Notes under the pieces: generated by a model | Seen by the model: the letters and a program-made list of their open reading frames with translations, nothing else | Told to the model about the DNA's origin: nothing | Databases searched by the model: none | Program-made: the position numbers and the translations under genes | Part shown: in pieces, positions 53,226 to 62,240 of the stretch | Position numbering within the stretch: position 1 is the first letter of the stretch | How the letters are laid out: each line of letters opens with the position of its first letter | Source: Candidatus Nomurabacteria bacterium | Lineage (GTDB): Bacteria; Patescibacteriota; Minisyncoccia; Phycocordibacterales; UBA5272 | Reading direction: 5' to 3' | Length of the DNA stretch: 64,000 bases | Assembly (NCBI GenBank): GCA_037130925.1 | Contig: JBAXSC010000003.1 | Span: forward strand, 18,712-82,711

Positions 53226-54284
53226 ATGCTTAAAAATTTATTAAGAAGATTTTCTAACGATATCGGTATTGATCTCGGCACTACAAACACTCTTGTTTCT
53301 CTTGCTGGAATGGGTATTGTGATAAATGAGCCATCTGTTGTGGCTATCAATAATAAAACTAATAAAATTGTAGCTCTCGGTACAGAGGCTAAAAATATGA
53401 TGGGTAGAACGCCTGAGCATATTAATGTTGTTCGTCCTATTATTGATGGTGTCATCTCTGATTATGAAGTTACAGAAGAATTCTTGTCTTATCTCATAAA
53501 CAAAGCAAATAGTATTAATAAAAAATTCTTTGGTCCCAGGGTTGTGATCGGTATTCCAATTGGTATCACAGACGTTGAAATTAGAGCTGTAGAAGATGCG
53601 GCTATTGCTGCTGGAGCAAGAGAAGTATTTATTATTGAAGAGCCAGCTGCTGCGGCTATTGGAATGGGATTATCAGTTCATACTCCTACAGGATCAATGA
53701 TTGTAGATATTGGAGGAGGTACTACTGATATTGCTATTCTTTCTTTATCTGGAATTGTAAGAAGAAAATCTTTAAAAATAGCTGGAGATAAAATGAATTC
53801 TGATATTGTTGCATTTATAAAGACTCACTATAAAGTTTTAATTGGTGAAAAAACAGCAGAAGAAATAAAAATTGAAATTGGTAGCGCTCTTCCTGATAAT
53901 GAGAGGGATAATCATGAAATGTCCGTTAAAGGACGAGATCTTGTGTCTGGTCTTCCAAAAGAAATATCTATCAGTGATGTCGATATCCGTGAAGCTATGT
54001 ATCCGAGTGTGGTAGCCATCGTTGAAGCAACAAAAGAATTACTGGAGGTATCTCCACCAGAAGTTCTGGGTGATATTCTGCGTGATGGAATTGTATTAAC
54101 GGGAGGAGGGGCTATGATAAAAAATATAGATAAACTTTTAGAAATTCAATTAAAAGTTAAAACTATAGTTTCTCCAAATGCATTAATAGACGTCGCAATT
54201 GGTTGTGGTATTGCTTTACATAATATAGAAAAATTTGATGAATTAATAATTAAAAATCCTAAAGATGTATCTTTTGTAAAATAA
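53226..54284 (+). CDS. mreB: Rod-shape-determining protein MreB
   Basis: IGIDLGTTNTLV, actin-fold phosphate motifs, DIGGGTTDIAILS. Confidence 0.95.
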   Translation: MLKNLLRRFSNDIGIDLGTTNTLVSLAGMGIVINEPSVVAINNKTNKIVALGTEAKNMMGRTPEHINVVRPIIDGVISDYEVTEEFLSYLINKANSINKKFFGPRVVIGIPIGITDVEIRAVEDAAIAAGAREVFIIEEPAAAAIGMGLSVHTPTGSMIVDIGGGTTDIAILSLSGIVRRKSLKIAGDKMNSDIVAFIKTHYKVLIGEKTAEEIKIEIGSALPDNERDNHEMSVKGRDLVSGLPKEISISDVDIREAMYPSVVAIVEATKELLEVSPPEVLGDILRDGIVLTGGGAMIKNIDKLLEIQLKVKTIVSPNALIDVAIGCGIALHNIEKFDELIIKNPKDVSFVK

Positions 54285-54291
54285 ATTTATT

Positions 54292-55221
54292 ATGAAAATC
54301 GATTATTTTAAAGTAAATTTTATTTTTATAGGACTTTTTTTAATTTTTTTAATTTTTTTTCCAGCTATAAAATCTAGTTTTAATGACAGTGGATCAAAAG
54401 AAGAAAATCAAATGAATATGCCAAATTCATTTTTATCTTCTGTTAATAATTCCTCTAATGCTTTTACTGGATTTTTTGTTGGTATAAAAGACTATTTTGT
54501 TTCAAAAAAAGATTTAGAAAATCAGATTTTAGATTTGAAAAGTCAGATTCAAAAAAGCCAATATAATTCTTTACTTACTTCTAGTGTTGTTTCTGATAAA
54601 TCTCTTTCAAAAGATGGGCCTGTTTTAGCTAAAAAAGTATTTTCTGATTTTACTTCTATATATGATACCGTGATACTTAATAAAGGATTTTTAAATGGTG
54701 TAGAAAAAGGAGATATTGTATTTCTTTATCCAAATCAACTGTTAGGTCAAATAGAAAGTATAAATTCTAATACTTCTATTTTGTCTCTTTATTCAAAAGA
54801 TAAAAATAAACTAGAAGCAGTTTTAAAAGCCAAAAAGAGTAATGATGTTATTTCTATAGACCAAAGTCAGTCAACTACAAGTTCTTCGTCTGAAGAAATT
54901 ATAAGTACTTCCTCTTCTCCTTTTTTCTCCTCTTCTTCAGTTTTTAATCCAAATCCTAATTTTAAAATTAAAAATGATTCCGGTGGAAGTAATATTATTA
55001 TAGATATTTATGGAAATGGTAGTGGTGATTTTACAGCTTCACTTCCTGATAATATAAAAGTTGCAACAGGCACTATAATTTATTTATCCAGTGATGAGAG
55101 TAAAGCTCTTGGTGAAGTTGTAAAAGTTGAAAATCAAGAGGCTTCATTTTTCCAAAATATTTTTATTAGGGGATATTATAATACAAGGACAAACGATGAT
55201 TATTATATTATGCATAAATAA
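54292..55221 (+). CDS. mreC: Rod-shape-determining protein MreC (divergent)
   Basis: TM anchor, coiled coil (LENQILDLKSQIQK), VILNKGFLNGVEKGDIVF beta-barrel block; position after mreB. Confidence 0.6.
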   Translation: MKIDYFKVNFIFIGLFLIFLIFFPAIKSSFNDSGSKEENQMNMPNSFLSSVNNSSNAFTGFFVGIKDYFVSKKDLENQILDLKSQIQKSQYNSLLTSSVVSDKSLSKDGPVLAKKVFSDFTSIYDTVILNKGFLNGVEKGDIVFLYPNQLLGQIESINSNTSILSLYSKDKNKLEAVLKAKKSNDVISIDQSQSTTSSSSEEIISTSSSPFFSSSSVFNPNPNFKIKNDSGGSNIIIDIYGNGSGDFTASLPDNIKVATGTIIYLSSDESKALGEVVKVENQEASFFQNIFIRGYYNTRTNDDYYIMHK

Positions 55222-55226
55222 TACAT

Positions 55227-55403
55227 ATGAAAATTATTAAACAACAATATTTAAAGATTATTCTGATTCTAGTTTTAGTTTTTCTTTTTATTTTTTGTGT
55301 CTTTTTTGATATTTCACTTTCTACAAACAATTTTCCAGTATTAACTACAATTTATTTTTCTATTTTTATTATTTATAGATTTTTAAAGCCGTATTTGAGA
55401 TAA
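55227..55403 (+). CDS. Small two-TM protein in the mreD position
   Basis: 58 codons, MKIIKQQYLKIILILVLVFLFIFCVFF...; below the ORF-track cut-off; lies between mreC and mrdA. Confidence 0.35.
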   Translation: MKIIKQQYLKIILILVLVFLFIFCVFFDISLSTNNFPVLTTIYFSIFIIYRFLKPYLR

Positions 55404-55412
55404 TATATAATT

Positions 55413-57173
55413 ATGGTTAAAAATTATTTTAAAAGAATATTAAGAAAAATAAATAAGAAAAAAGGAAAAGAAATAGATCCTGAAGACATATTCCTTGATT
55501 CTTCAAATTTAGCAGGACTAGATATGGATAGAATGGAGGGTTCTATAGATAGGCCTATTTCAAAATCTGCTGAGATAGTGCCATTTATATTTTTAATATT
55601 TATTTTTATTTTATTTACAGCAAGACTTTTTAATTTGGAAGTTTTAAATTTTGATACTTATAAAGAAAAAGCTGATAATAATAGATATAATACAGATCTT
55701 ATTTTGGCGAACAGGGGAGAAATATTTGATCGTAATGGGAAAGTTTTGGCTAGTAATATATCCGCTTCCTCTAGTTATATTTTTAAAAGAGAATATATTT
55801 CAGATCCTGGATTTTCAAATTTATTAGGATATATTTCATACCCAAAAGCTGATAATCTTAAAAATTATTGGCAAGATGATTATATTGGAAAAGATGGTGT
55901 AGAGTTAATTTATCAAAAATTACTTACAGGTATTAATGGTAAGAAAATTGCAGAAAAAGATGTTAAAGCTTCTGTAGAATCAGAAAATATTATTGTAAAA
56001 CCAGTTTCTGGGGCAAATCTAAATTTATCTATTGATGCAGAATTACAAAAAAGCCTTTTTAATTCTATTCGTGATGTAGTGAATACTCGTGAATATGTTT
56101 CTGGAACTGGAATAATAATGGATGTCACAAATGGCGAGATTTTAGCTATTACTACATTTCCACAATATGATAATAATTTAATGACAAATGCGACAGGTAC
56201 TCTTGATAATCAAAAAATAGTAGCGTCTTTGAAAGATAAACGTACTCCATTTTTAAATAGACCGGTAAAAGGATTATTTACTCCAGGATCGGTAGTAAAG
56301 CCTTTCATGGCTTATGCTGCATTAAATGAAAAAGTTATTTCTCCAGAAAAAAATATTTTATCTACAGGAAAAATAGTTATTAAAAATAGATACGGTGGAG
56401 CAGATACTGTTTTTAAAGATTGGAAAGCTCACGGATATATAAATGTGGTGAGGGCTATAGCGGAATCTTCTGACGAGTATTTTTATCAAGTTGGCGGCGG
56501 ATACGCGGATCAGACAGGTCTTGGTATTGCGAGAATAGACACATATGCGAGACTTTTTGGTTTTGCTTCTACTACAAATATAGATCTTCCAGGAGAGGTA
56601 GTTGGTGTTATACCAACTCCAGATTGGAAGAGAATAAATTTTGTTGATGGAGATTGGTTTCTTGGAGACACTTATCACACATCTATTGGACAGTATGGAT
56701 TTCAAGTTACTCCTGTTGAGTTGATACGTTATGTGGCTTGTCTTGCAAATGGTGGAAAAATGGTGACACCTCATGTGTTTTTATCGGCATCTTCGAGTGA
56801 TCCTTTTGCAGAGGCAGATGTTTTGAATGAGTATAATAATAAAGTTTGGCCGATGACTGATTTAAATTTAAATCAGTCAGCCCTTAAATACGTAAAAGAA
56901 GGAATGAGAGAAGTTGTGATGCCTGGAGGTACAGAGCCAATGCTTGAAATTCCATCACTTAAGATTGCAGCAAAATCTGGTACTGCGGAAATAGGGGTGG
57001 TAAAAGGAAGGGTGAATTCTCTTATTACAGGATATTTTCCTTATGATAATCCTAAGTATGCGTTTACTGTAATAATGGAAAATGGAAAAATTGGTAATTC
57101 TTCTGGTGCTGTGCAAGCTGTTCAGCCTGTTTTGAATTATATCGCTGCACATAAAGAGCAGTATATAAAGTAA
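55413..57173 (+). CDS. mrdA: Penicillin-binding protein 2 (elongation transpeptidase)
   Basis: TM anchor, dimerisation domain, SVVK (SxxK), SSD (SxN-like), KSGTAE (KTG-like). Confidence 0.85.
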   Translation: MVKNYFKRILRKINKKKGKEIDPEDIFLDSSNLAGLDMDRMEGSIDRPISKSAEIVPFIFLIFIFILFTARLFNLEVLNFDTYKEKADNNRYNTDLILANRGEIFDRNGKVLASNISASSSYIFKREYISDPGFSNLLGYISYPKADNLKNYWQDDYIGKDGVELIYQKLLTGINGKKIAEKDVKASVESENIIVKPVSGANLNLSIDAELQKSLFNSIRDVVNTREYVSGTGIIMDVTNGEILAITTFPQYDNNLMTNATGTLDNQKIVASLKDKRTPFLNRPVKGLFTPGSVVKPFMAYAALNEKVISPEKNILSTGKIVIKNRYGGADTVFKDWKAHGYINVVRAIAESSDEYFYQVGGGYADQTGLGIARIDTYARLFGFASTTNIDLPGEVVGVIPTPDWKRINFVDGDWFLGDTYHTSIGQYGFQVTPVELIRYVACLANGGKMVTPHVFLSASSSDPFAEADVLNEYNNKVWPMTDLNLNQSALKYVKEGMREVVMPGGTEPMLEIPSLKIAAKSGTAEIGVVKGRVNSLITGYFPYDNPKYAFTVIMENGKIGNSSGAVQAVQPVLNYIAAHKEQYIK

Positions 57174-57245
57174 AAACACTCAATTCACAAATGTCTATAA
57201 ATATGTTATCATTAACATATTAATTAAAAACATATTTAAAAATTT

Positions 57246-57719
57246 ATGGCAAAAGAAGTAAAAGAATATTTGACTACTGATAAAAAAGCAGAGTTAGAAC
57301 AAGAGCTTGAAAATTTAAAAACTGTAAGAAGAAAAGAAATAGCTAGTGCTATCGAATGGGCTAAATCTCTAGGAGATTTAGCAGAAAATGCAGAATATTC
57401 ACAAGCTCGTGATGATCAAGCACGTTGTGAAGCTAGAATTGCTGAGTTGGAAAATATTTTACAAAATGCCATAATTGCCAATTCTCATCATACTGAAAAT
57501 GGAATCTATGTAGGGTCAAGAGTTGTAGTAAAAAGGGTTGATAATAATGAGATAAATACTTTTACTATAGTTGGATCAGAAGAAGTTGATTTACCAAATG
57601 GAAAGATTTCAAATGAATCACCACTTGGAAATGCTTTATTAGGAAAGAAGGCTGGAGATAAAGTTACTTTTATGACTCCAAAAGGTGAGACTTCATACAT
57701 TGTAGAAAAATTGAATTAG
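57246..57719 (+). CDS. greA: Transcription elongation factor GreA
   Basis: Coiled-coil N-terminal domain with DLAENAEYSQARDDQ and a C-terminal FKBP-like domain. Confidence 0.9.
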   Translation: MAKEVKEYLTTDKKAELEQELENLKTVRRKEIASAIEWAKSLGDLAENAEYSQARDDQARCEARIAELENILQNAIIANSHHTENGIYVGSRVVVKRVDNNEINTFTIVGSEEVDLPNGKISNESPLGNALLGKKAGDKVTFMTPKGETSYIVEKLN

Positions 57720-57737
57720 TAAATATTATTAGAAAAT

Positions 57738-57777
57738 AAAAAAAAGGGTTTACAAAATATTTTGTAAACCCTTTTTT
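57738..57777. terminator. Bidirectional terminator
   Basis: GGGTTTACAAAA / TTTTGTAAACCC palindrome flanked by A8 and T6. Confidence 0.85.
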
Positions 57778-57796
57778 AGTTTTCCTAAAAGAAAAA

Positions 57797-58249
57797 CTAA
57801 GTTGTAGCAGGATCTGGAGCAGGAGAAATGCTTTTGAAAGTAACCAAAAATCCTGTTTGATAATCAGGCATATCGGCAAGTCCGTAATGCTTTTTGATAT
57901 CAAATGTTATTTTTTCTTTTCCAAGCTCTTCTTTAAAGAGTCCAGGATTTGCGATTGCTAATTCAGCAAAATCGTTTAACATGTAGGAATTTTCTTTACT
58001 TTTTTGTTGTTTGGTTGATCTTTCTTTACTTTCTACAGTTAAATTTAAGTCCTCAATTTTAAAAGAAAAGTTTTTCTCATCTTTTATTTTGTTATAGATT
58101 TTTTGTTTTAAAAAATCATTTACAAATTGAAGACTTTCAGTATACTTCTCCAGATTTTCCTGTTTTGCTTGTTCTACGGTTTGCTCAACCGTATCTGGTA
58201 GATCTATCTTTTTTTTAGAACTACCCCATTTCCAAGGTCTTAATTCCAT
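57797..58249 (-). CDS. Hypothetical protein
   Basis: 150-aa ORF with an upstream TTGACA-17-TATATT promoter on the minus strand. Confidence 0.45.
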   Translation of the reverse strand: MELRPWKWGSSKKKIDLPDTVEQTVEQAKQENLEKYTESLQFVNDFLKQKIYNKIKDEKNFSFKIEDLNLTVESKERSTKQQKSKENSYMLNDFAELAIANPGLFKEELGKEKITFDIKKHYGLADMPDYQTGFLVTFKSISPAPDPATT

Positions 58250-58330
58250 ATTAAAACTATTTATTTTTTAGAACAATATCGCTCTGTTTATAATATACAC
58301 AAAATAAATATACTTGTCAAATTTGTTTTT

Positions 58331-58365
58331 TTAAAAAATTATCCCCTCCAAAAAATGAAGGGGAT
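58331..58365 (-). terminator. Intrinsic terminator
   Basis: ATCCCCT (58341-58347) pairs with AGGGGAT (58359-58365); T-run follows on the minus strand. Confidence 0.6.
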
Positions 58366-58394
58366 TAATTCAATCTTTAAACTTTTAGAAAATT

Positions 58395-59054
58395 TTAATA
58401 TTCATCAGGAATTTCGATATCTATTCCGAAATTATCGGCATAGTTTACTTTTGTCATAAAATTAGCTTTTATTAAAAGATTATTGTCGATACAAAACATC
58501 CAGGCCTTATATCTTGTTTTGTCGTAAATTCCATAATGATGAATACGGAGAAAATTCCTAACCTTAACCTTATCATCAGTTTTTTCATTTTGAATCTTAT
58601 ACAGATTACAAAGATGAACTAAAGCTGTTTCTGCTGCCCAGTGAGCCTGATTACTTGTTTCTTCACCATCGCCATTATTTTTTATTGCAATAGCTTGGAA
58701 AAAAGCTATTTTTCCAAAATTAGGATGCTTTGGTTTATACTTCGCCAACTCTTCCATAGTTTTTTCTATGATTCTTTGGTTTTTTGACTCTTTAAAAATT
58801 TTATTCAGACTTTCTCTTAAACAGAGATCTTCTGTTAAATTTAATTTAAAAATCGTCTCTATTACTCCAAAAGCTCTTTGTGGTTTATCGAAGTGGCCAA
58901 CGCTAAGAATTAAAGAAGTTAATTCTTTTAGTGTGTATTGATCTTTTTTAGCTTTTTTAAAAATAAGAGAATTTAAATCGCTTATTTCTTTTTCATCATT
59001 TGTGATTTTTAAAATTGCACAAAGTTGTTCCAGTGAAAGTTTTTTAATAACCAT
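58395..59054 (-). CDS. Hypothetical protein
   Basis: 219-aa helical ORF; no recognised motif. Confidence 0.45.
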   Translation of the reverse strand: MVIKKLSLEQLCAILKITNDEKEISDLNSLIFKKAKKDQYTLKELTSLILSVGHFDKPQRAFGVIETIFKLNLTEDLCLRESLNKIFKESKNQRIIEKTMEELAKYKPKHPNFGKIAFFQAIAIKNNGDGEETSNQAHWAAETALVHLCNLYKIQNEKTDDKVKVRNFLRIHHYGIYDKTRYKAWMFCIDNNLLIKANFMTKVNYADNFGIDIEIPDEY

Positions 59055-59202
59055 TAGTAATAATTTTTTTTGTTTAAAAATATAATTTAAAATAACATTC
59101 CATTTGAAATACTACATAAAAAGGAATATAAAGTCAAGTTTGGATTTCTTCTTTCATTTTTACAAAAAATCAATTATAATATTTATAATTACACAAATAT
59201 TT

Positions 59203-60672
59203 ATGACATCTATTTTAGAATTAAAAGAAGAAAGGTTGAAGAAATTGCAAAAGTTAAAAGATAATGGTTTTGATCCGTTTACTGCTCATTCGGATAGAAA
59301 TAAATCTATTAAAACTTATTTAGAAGATTTTGATAATTCTGAAGAGTCTAAAAATATTCTCGGTGGAAGAATTATGTCTTCACGTGGACAAGGGAATTTA
59401 ATTTTCTTTGATCTTTTTGATGGATCTGCAAGTGAAAATGATAAATCTAAAGTTCAATGTATTATCAAAAATCCAGAATCTCCAGCTGAAGCTTTTGATT
59501 TTTATAATGAGTATCTCGATATTGGTGACTTTGTAGAAGTTGAAGGAGATAAATTTTTAAGTAAGACAGGACAAAAAAGTTTATTAGTTAAAAGTATAAA
59601 AATTCTAACAAAGTCTCTTCTACCACTTCCGGATAAATATCATGGACTCGAAAATGAAGAATTAAAAATAAGATTGAGATATCTTGATATTTTGACTAAT
59701 AAAGATTTGAGAGAATTATTTTATAAAAAAGCACAATTCTGGAAAGTTGTCCGTGAATTTTTGAATGAAAAAGGAATGCTCGAAGTAGAAACTCCAACTA
59801 TAGAGTCAACAACAGGTGGAGCGGAAGCGAGACCTTTTAAAACTCATCATAACGATTATGATATAGATGTATATATGAGGATTTGTATTGGAGAGCTTTG
59901 GCAAAAGAGACTCATGTCTGCTGGCTATGCTGGAACGTTTGAAATTGGTAGAGCATATAGAAATGAAGGATCTTCCCCAGAACATCTTCAAGAATTTACT
60001 AATTGTGAATTCTATTTAGGATATGCAGATTATAAAGATGGAATGAAATTAGTAAAAGAGCTTTATAGAAAAATAGCTACAGAAGTCTTTGGTAAAACAC
60101 AGTTTGAAATGAAAGGATTTATTTTTGATCTTGCTGATGAATGGCCAGAAATAGAATATGCAGAAGAAATTAAAAAACAAACAAGCATTGATATTTGGAC
60201 AGCGACAGATGAAGAAATAAAATTAAAGCTAGAAGATTTGAAAGTTAAATATGATGGAAATAATAGAGAGAGACTTCTAGATACTCTTTGGAAATATTGT
60301 CGTAAGAATATTGCTGGTCCAGCTTTTGTTGTGAATCCTCCAATGATAATTGTGCCTTTGGCAAAGCCTAATCCAGATGGAAAGACTGCGCAAAGATTTC
60401 AACCAATACTTGCTGGTAGTGAAATAGGAAATGGATATTCAGAATTAAATAATCCTATTGTACAAAGAGAGAATTTTGAAAAACAAAAAGAAATGCTCGA
60501 AGGTGGAGATGAAGAGGCTATGATGCCTGATTGGGAATTCGTAGAAATGCTCGAACATGGAATGCCTCCAACATGTGGATTTGGATTTGGAGACAGGCTA
60601 TTTTCATTCTTGGCAGGACTTCCGCTCCGTGAAGCAATAATGTTTCCGCTTGTAAAAGAAAAGAAGAATTAA
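59203..60672 (+). CDS. lysS: Lysine--tRNA ligase, class II
   Basis: Start moved to MTSILELKEERLKKL (ATG 59203; TATAAT at 59184-59189). OB-fold anticodon-binding domain. Class II motifs FRNEG-like YRNEGSSPEHLQEF and GFGFGDRL. Confidence 0.9.
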   Translation: MTSILELKEERLKKLQKLKDNGFDPFTAHSDRNKSIKTYLEDFDNSEESKNILGGRIMSSRGQGNLIFFDLFDGSASENDKSKVQCIIKNPESPAEAFDFYNEYLDIGDFVEVEGDKFLSKTGQKSLLVKSIKILTKSLLPLPDKYHGLENEELKIRLRYLDILTNKDLRELFYKKAQFWKVVREFLNEKGMLEVETPTIESTTGGAEARPFKTHHNDYDIDVYMRICIGELWQKRLMSAGYAGTFEIGRAYRNEGSSPEHLQEFTNCEFYLGYADYKDGMKLVKELYRKIATEVFGKTQFEMKGFIFDLADEWPEIEYAEEIKKQTSIDIWTATDEEIKLKLEDLKVKYDGNNRERLLDTLWKYCRKNIAGPAFVVNPPMIIVPLAKPNPDGKTAQRFQPILAGSEIGNGYSELNNPIVQRENFEKQKEMLEGGDEEAMMPDWEFVEMLEHGMPPTCGFGFGDRLFSFLAGLPLREAIMFPLVKEKKN

Positions 60673-60682
60673 TATTAAAAAA

Positions 60683-60707
60683 ATCACCTCGAAAGGGGTG
60701 TTTTTTA
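60683..60707 (+). terminator. Intrinsic terminator
   Basis: CACCTC-GAAA-GGGGTG followed by T6. Confidence 0.8.
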
Positions 60708-60770
60708 CTATTGATTAATTTATAAAAATATTGTATTATATATAAAGTTTAAACATAATAAATTCAAACA

Positions 60771-61118
60771 ATGAATAAAAAAGGTAAATTTTATTTTATT
60801 TTTGGAAGTTATCATTTTGATAATGAAATTATTGTAAAAATCTCTATATCTTTTGATTTTGTAAAAGGTGAATTTTTTGGAATAGAATATATAAATGGTA
60901 AGAAATTTCCATTTATAGTCTATAATTTAAATTTTACATCTGAAAAGATTTCTTTTTATAAGAAAAATATTTCTAATTCTAATAAAACTAAAATTGAAAC
61001 AAAATGTTTCAAAGCTTCTGGTATTTATCAAGGTTTTTCTAAAACTAAAGATAAAAAAAATAAGTTTATAGTTTATTTAGATCCTATAGAAACAAAATCA
61101 AATTTATGGGTTTTTTAA
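60771..61118 (+). CDS. Hypothetical small protein
   Basis: 115 aa; shares the pattern YNLNFTSEKISFYKK with FNLTEESFSFEY of the next gene. Confidence 0.4.
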   Translation: MNKKGKFYFIFGSYHFDNEIIVKISISFDFVKGEFFGIEYINGKKFPFIVYNLNFTSEKISFYKKNISNSNKTKIETKCFKASGIYQGFSKTKDKKNKFIVYLDPIETKSNLWVF

Positions 61119-61144
61119 TAATTATTATCTAAATTCTTTTTTCC

Positions 61145-61170
61145 ACAGGCCTTCGGGCCTGTTTTATTTT
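61145..61170 (+). terminator. Intrinsic terminator with UUCG loop
   Basis: ACAGGCC-TTCG-GGCCTGT followed by a T-run. Confidence 0.85.
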
Positions 61171-61171
61171 A

Positions 61172-61200
61172 TTGACTTATAATATTAAATATTGTAGTAT
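61172..61200 (+). promoter_or_regulatory. Sigma70-type promoter
   Basis: TTGACT, 17-nt spacer, TAGTAT. Confidence 0.55.
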
Positions 61201-61241
61201 GGGTATTGATATTGTACATTATTAATTTTAAATCATATTAA

Positions 61242-61676
61242 ATGAAGAAATTGTTTATTAAAGGATTTTTTCCTGGTAAACCTGACACTTGTCTAAATGG
61301 TGATATAAATGTGGCAGGAGTTTTGTTAAATTTTAGTGGAGATAATACTAAATTTAGTGGACATATTTATATTTTAGATGAAAAAATAGATTCTTATATT
61401 TTAGGTGATAATATGGATGAGGATAAATCTTTACCATGTAGTTGTCTATTTAATTTAACAGAAGAATCTTTTTCTTTTGAATATGCTCAAAGATTTCATG
61501 TTATGGCTGGAAGTGGCTATCATTTTCATTCTCATAATTTTATTAAAAAAGATAAAATATTTATATCTGAAAATTTTTCTTATATATCTCGTTTTGATCA
61601 AGCTTTTGGGTATAAAAATAATGAAAAGAAATTGCAAATTCAAAAAGAATCTAAATTAACACTAAAAGAAATTTAA
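61242..61676 (+). CDS. Hypothetical small protein (distant paralogue of 60771-61118)
   Basis: 144-aa ORF flanked by a promoter and a terminator. Confidence 0.4.
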   Translation: MKKLFIKGFFPGKPDTCLNGDINVAGVLLNFSGDNTKFSGHIYILDEKIDSYILGDNMDEDKSLPCSCLFNLTEESFSFEYAQRFHVMAGSGYHFHSHNFIKKDKIFISENFSYISRFDQAFGYKNNEKKLQIQKESKLTLKEI

Positions 61677-61689
61677 AAATTAAAATCTC

Positions 61690-61726
61690 AGACACTGTTT
61701 TCCACAAGGAAGACGGTGTTTTTTCT
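61690..61726 (+). terminator. Intrinsic terminator
   Basis: ACACTGT (61692-61698) pairs with ACGGTGT (61713-61719, one G-U), followed by T6. Confidence 0.65.
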
Positions 61727-61743
61727 TGCTCAAAAAAATTAAG

Positions 61744-61778
61744 TGGTATATAATGGGTACAGGTGGGATATTGTGGGA
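61744..61778 (+). promoter_or_regulatory. dcw-cluster promoter overlapped by four phased MraZ-type boxes
   Basis: TATAAT at 61749-61754; TGGT/TGGG/TGGG/TGGG start at 61744, 61754, 61764 and 61774 (exact 10-bp phasing). Confidence 0.6.
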
Positions 61779-61801
61779 GATATCAAACCAACTTTAGTTT
61801 T

Positions 61802-62236
61802 ATGCTTATCGGCCATTACATACATCAACTTGATGACAAAAAAAGAATTTCTATTCCAGCAAAATGGCGTAGTCTTCTTGGTAAAAAAGTTGTTATTACA
61901 AGTGGTCTTGATAAGTCGCTCTTTGTTTTTAGTTTAAAAGAATGGCAAAAAATAGCAGATAATTTATCATCTTTATCTTTTACAAATAAAGAAGCTCGCA
62001 GTTTTACTCGTTTTATGCTTTCAAACGCTTTTGATACAGATCTTGATTCCGTGGGAAGAATTTTGATCACTGATCAGCTAAAATCTTTTGCTGATATCAA
62101 TAAGAAAGCTGTCTTAGTCGGCATGCATTCTCGTATCGAAGTATGGAGCGAAGAAGAGTGGGAGAAATATTCTAATGCAAATAATAGAGATGCTGATTCT
62201 ATAGCTACTAAACTCTCTGATCTAGGAATATTATAA
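61802..62236 (+). CDS. mraZ: Transcriptional regulator MraZ
   Basis: Start moved to MLIGHYIHQLDDKKRISIPAKWR; second SpoVT/AbrB-like repeat DSVGRILITDQL. Confidence 0.85.
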   Translation: MLIGHYIHQLDDKKRISIPAKWRSLLGKKVVITSGLDKSLFVFSLKEWQKIADNLSSLSFTNKEARSFTRFMLSNAFDTDLDSVGRILITDQLKSFADINKKAVLVGMHSRIEVWSEEEWEKYSNANNRDADSIATKLSDLGIL

Positions 62237-62240
62237 AAGT

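Noticed and set aside
53111-53455. Minus-strand 114-aa ORF overlapping the mreB start, and similar antisense ORFs (55913-56128, 56358-56774, 56955-57179, 57506-57903, 59806-59991, 61455-61643, 61825-62070, 62879-63067)
   Set aside because: All lie antisense to conserved or better-supported genes and have no promoter or motif support.
59104-59202. 33-codon N-terminal extension of lysS starting at TTG 59104
   Set aside because: LysRS homology starts at MTSILELKEERL (ATG 59203). TATAAT boxes at 59175-59189 lie inside the putative extension.
61743-61937. ORF 61743-61937 and the GTG start at 61763 for mraZ
   Set aside because: Both start codons are the GTG parts of the phased GTGG(G) MraZ boxes. 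MraZ homology begins at MLIGHY (61802).
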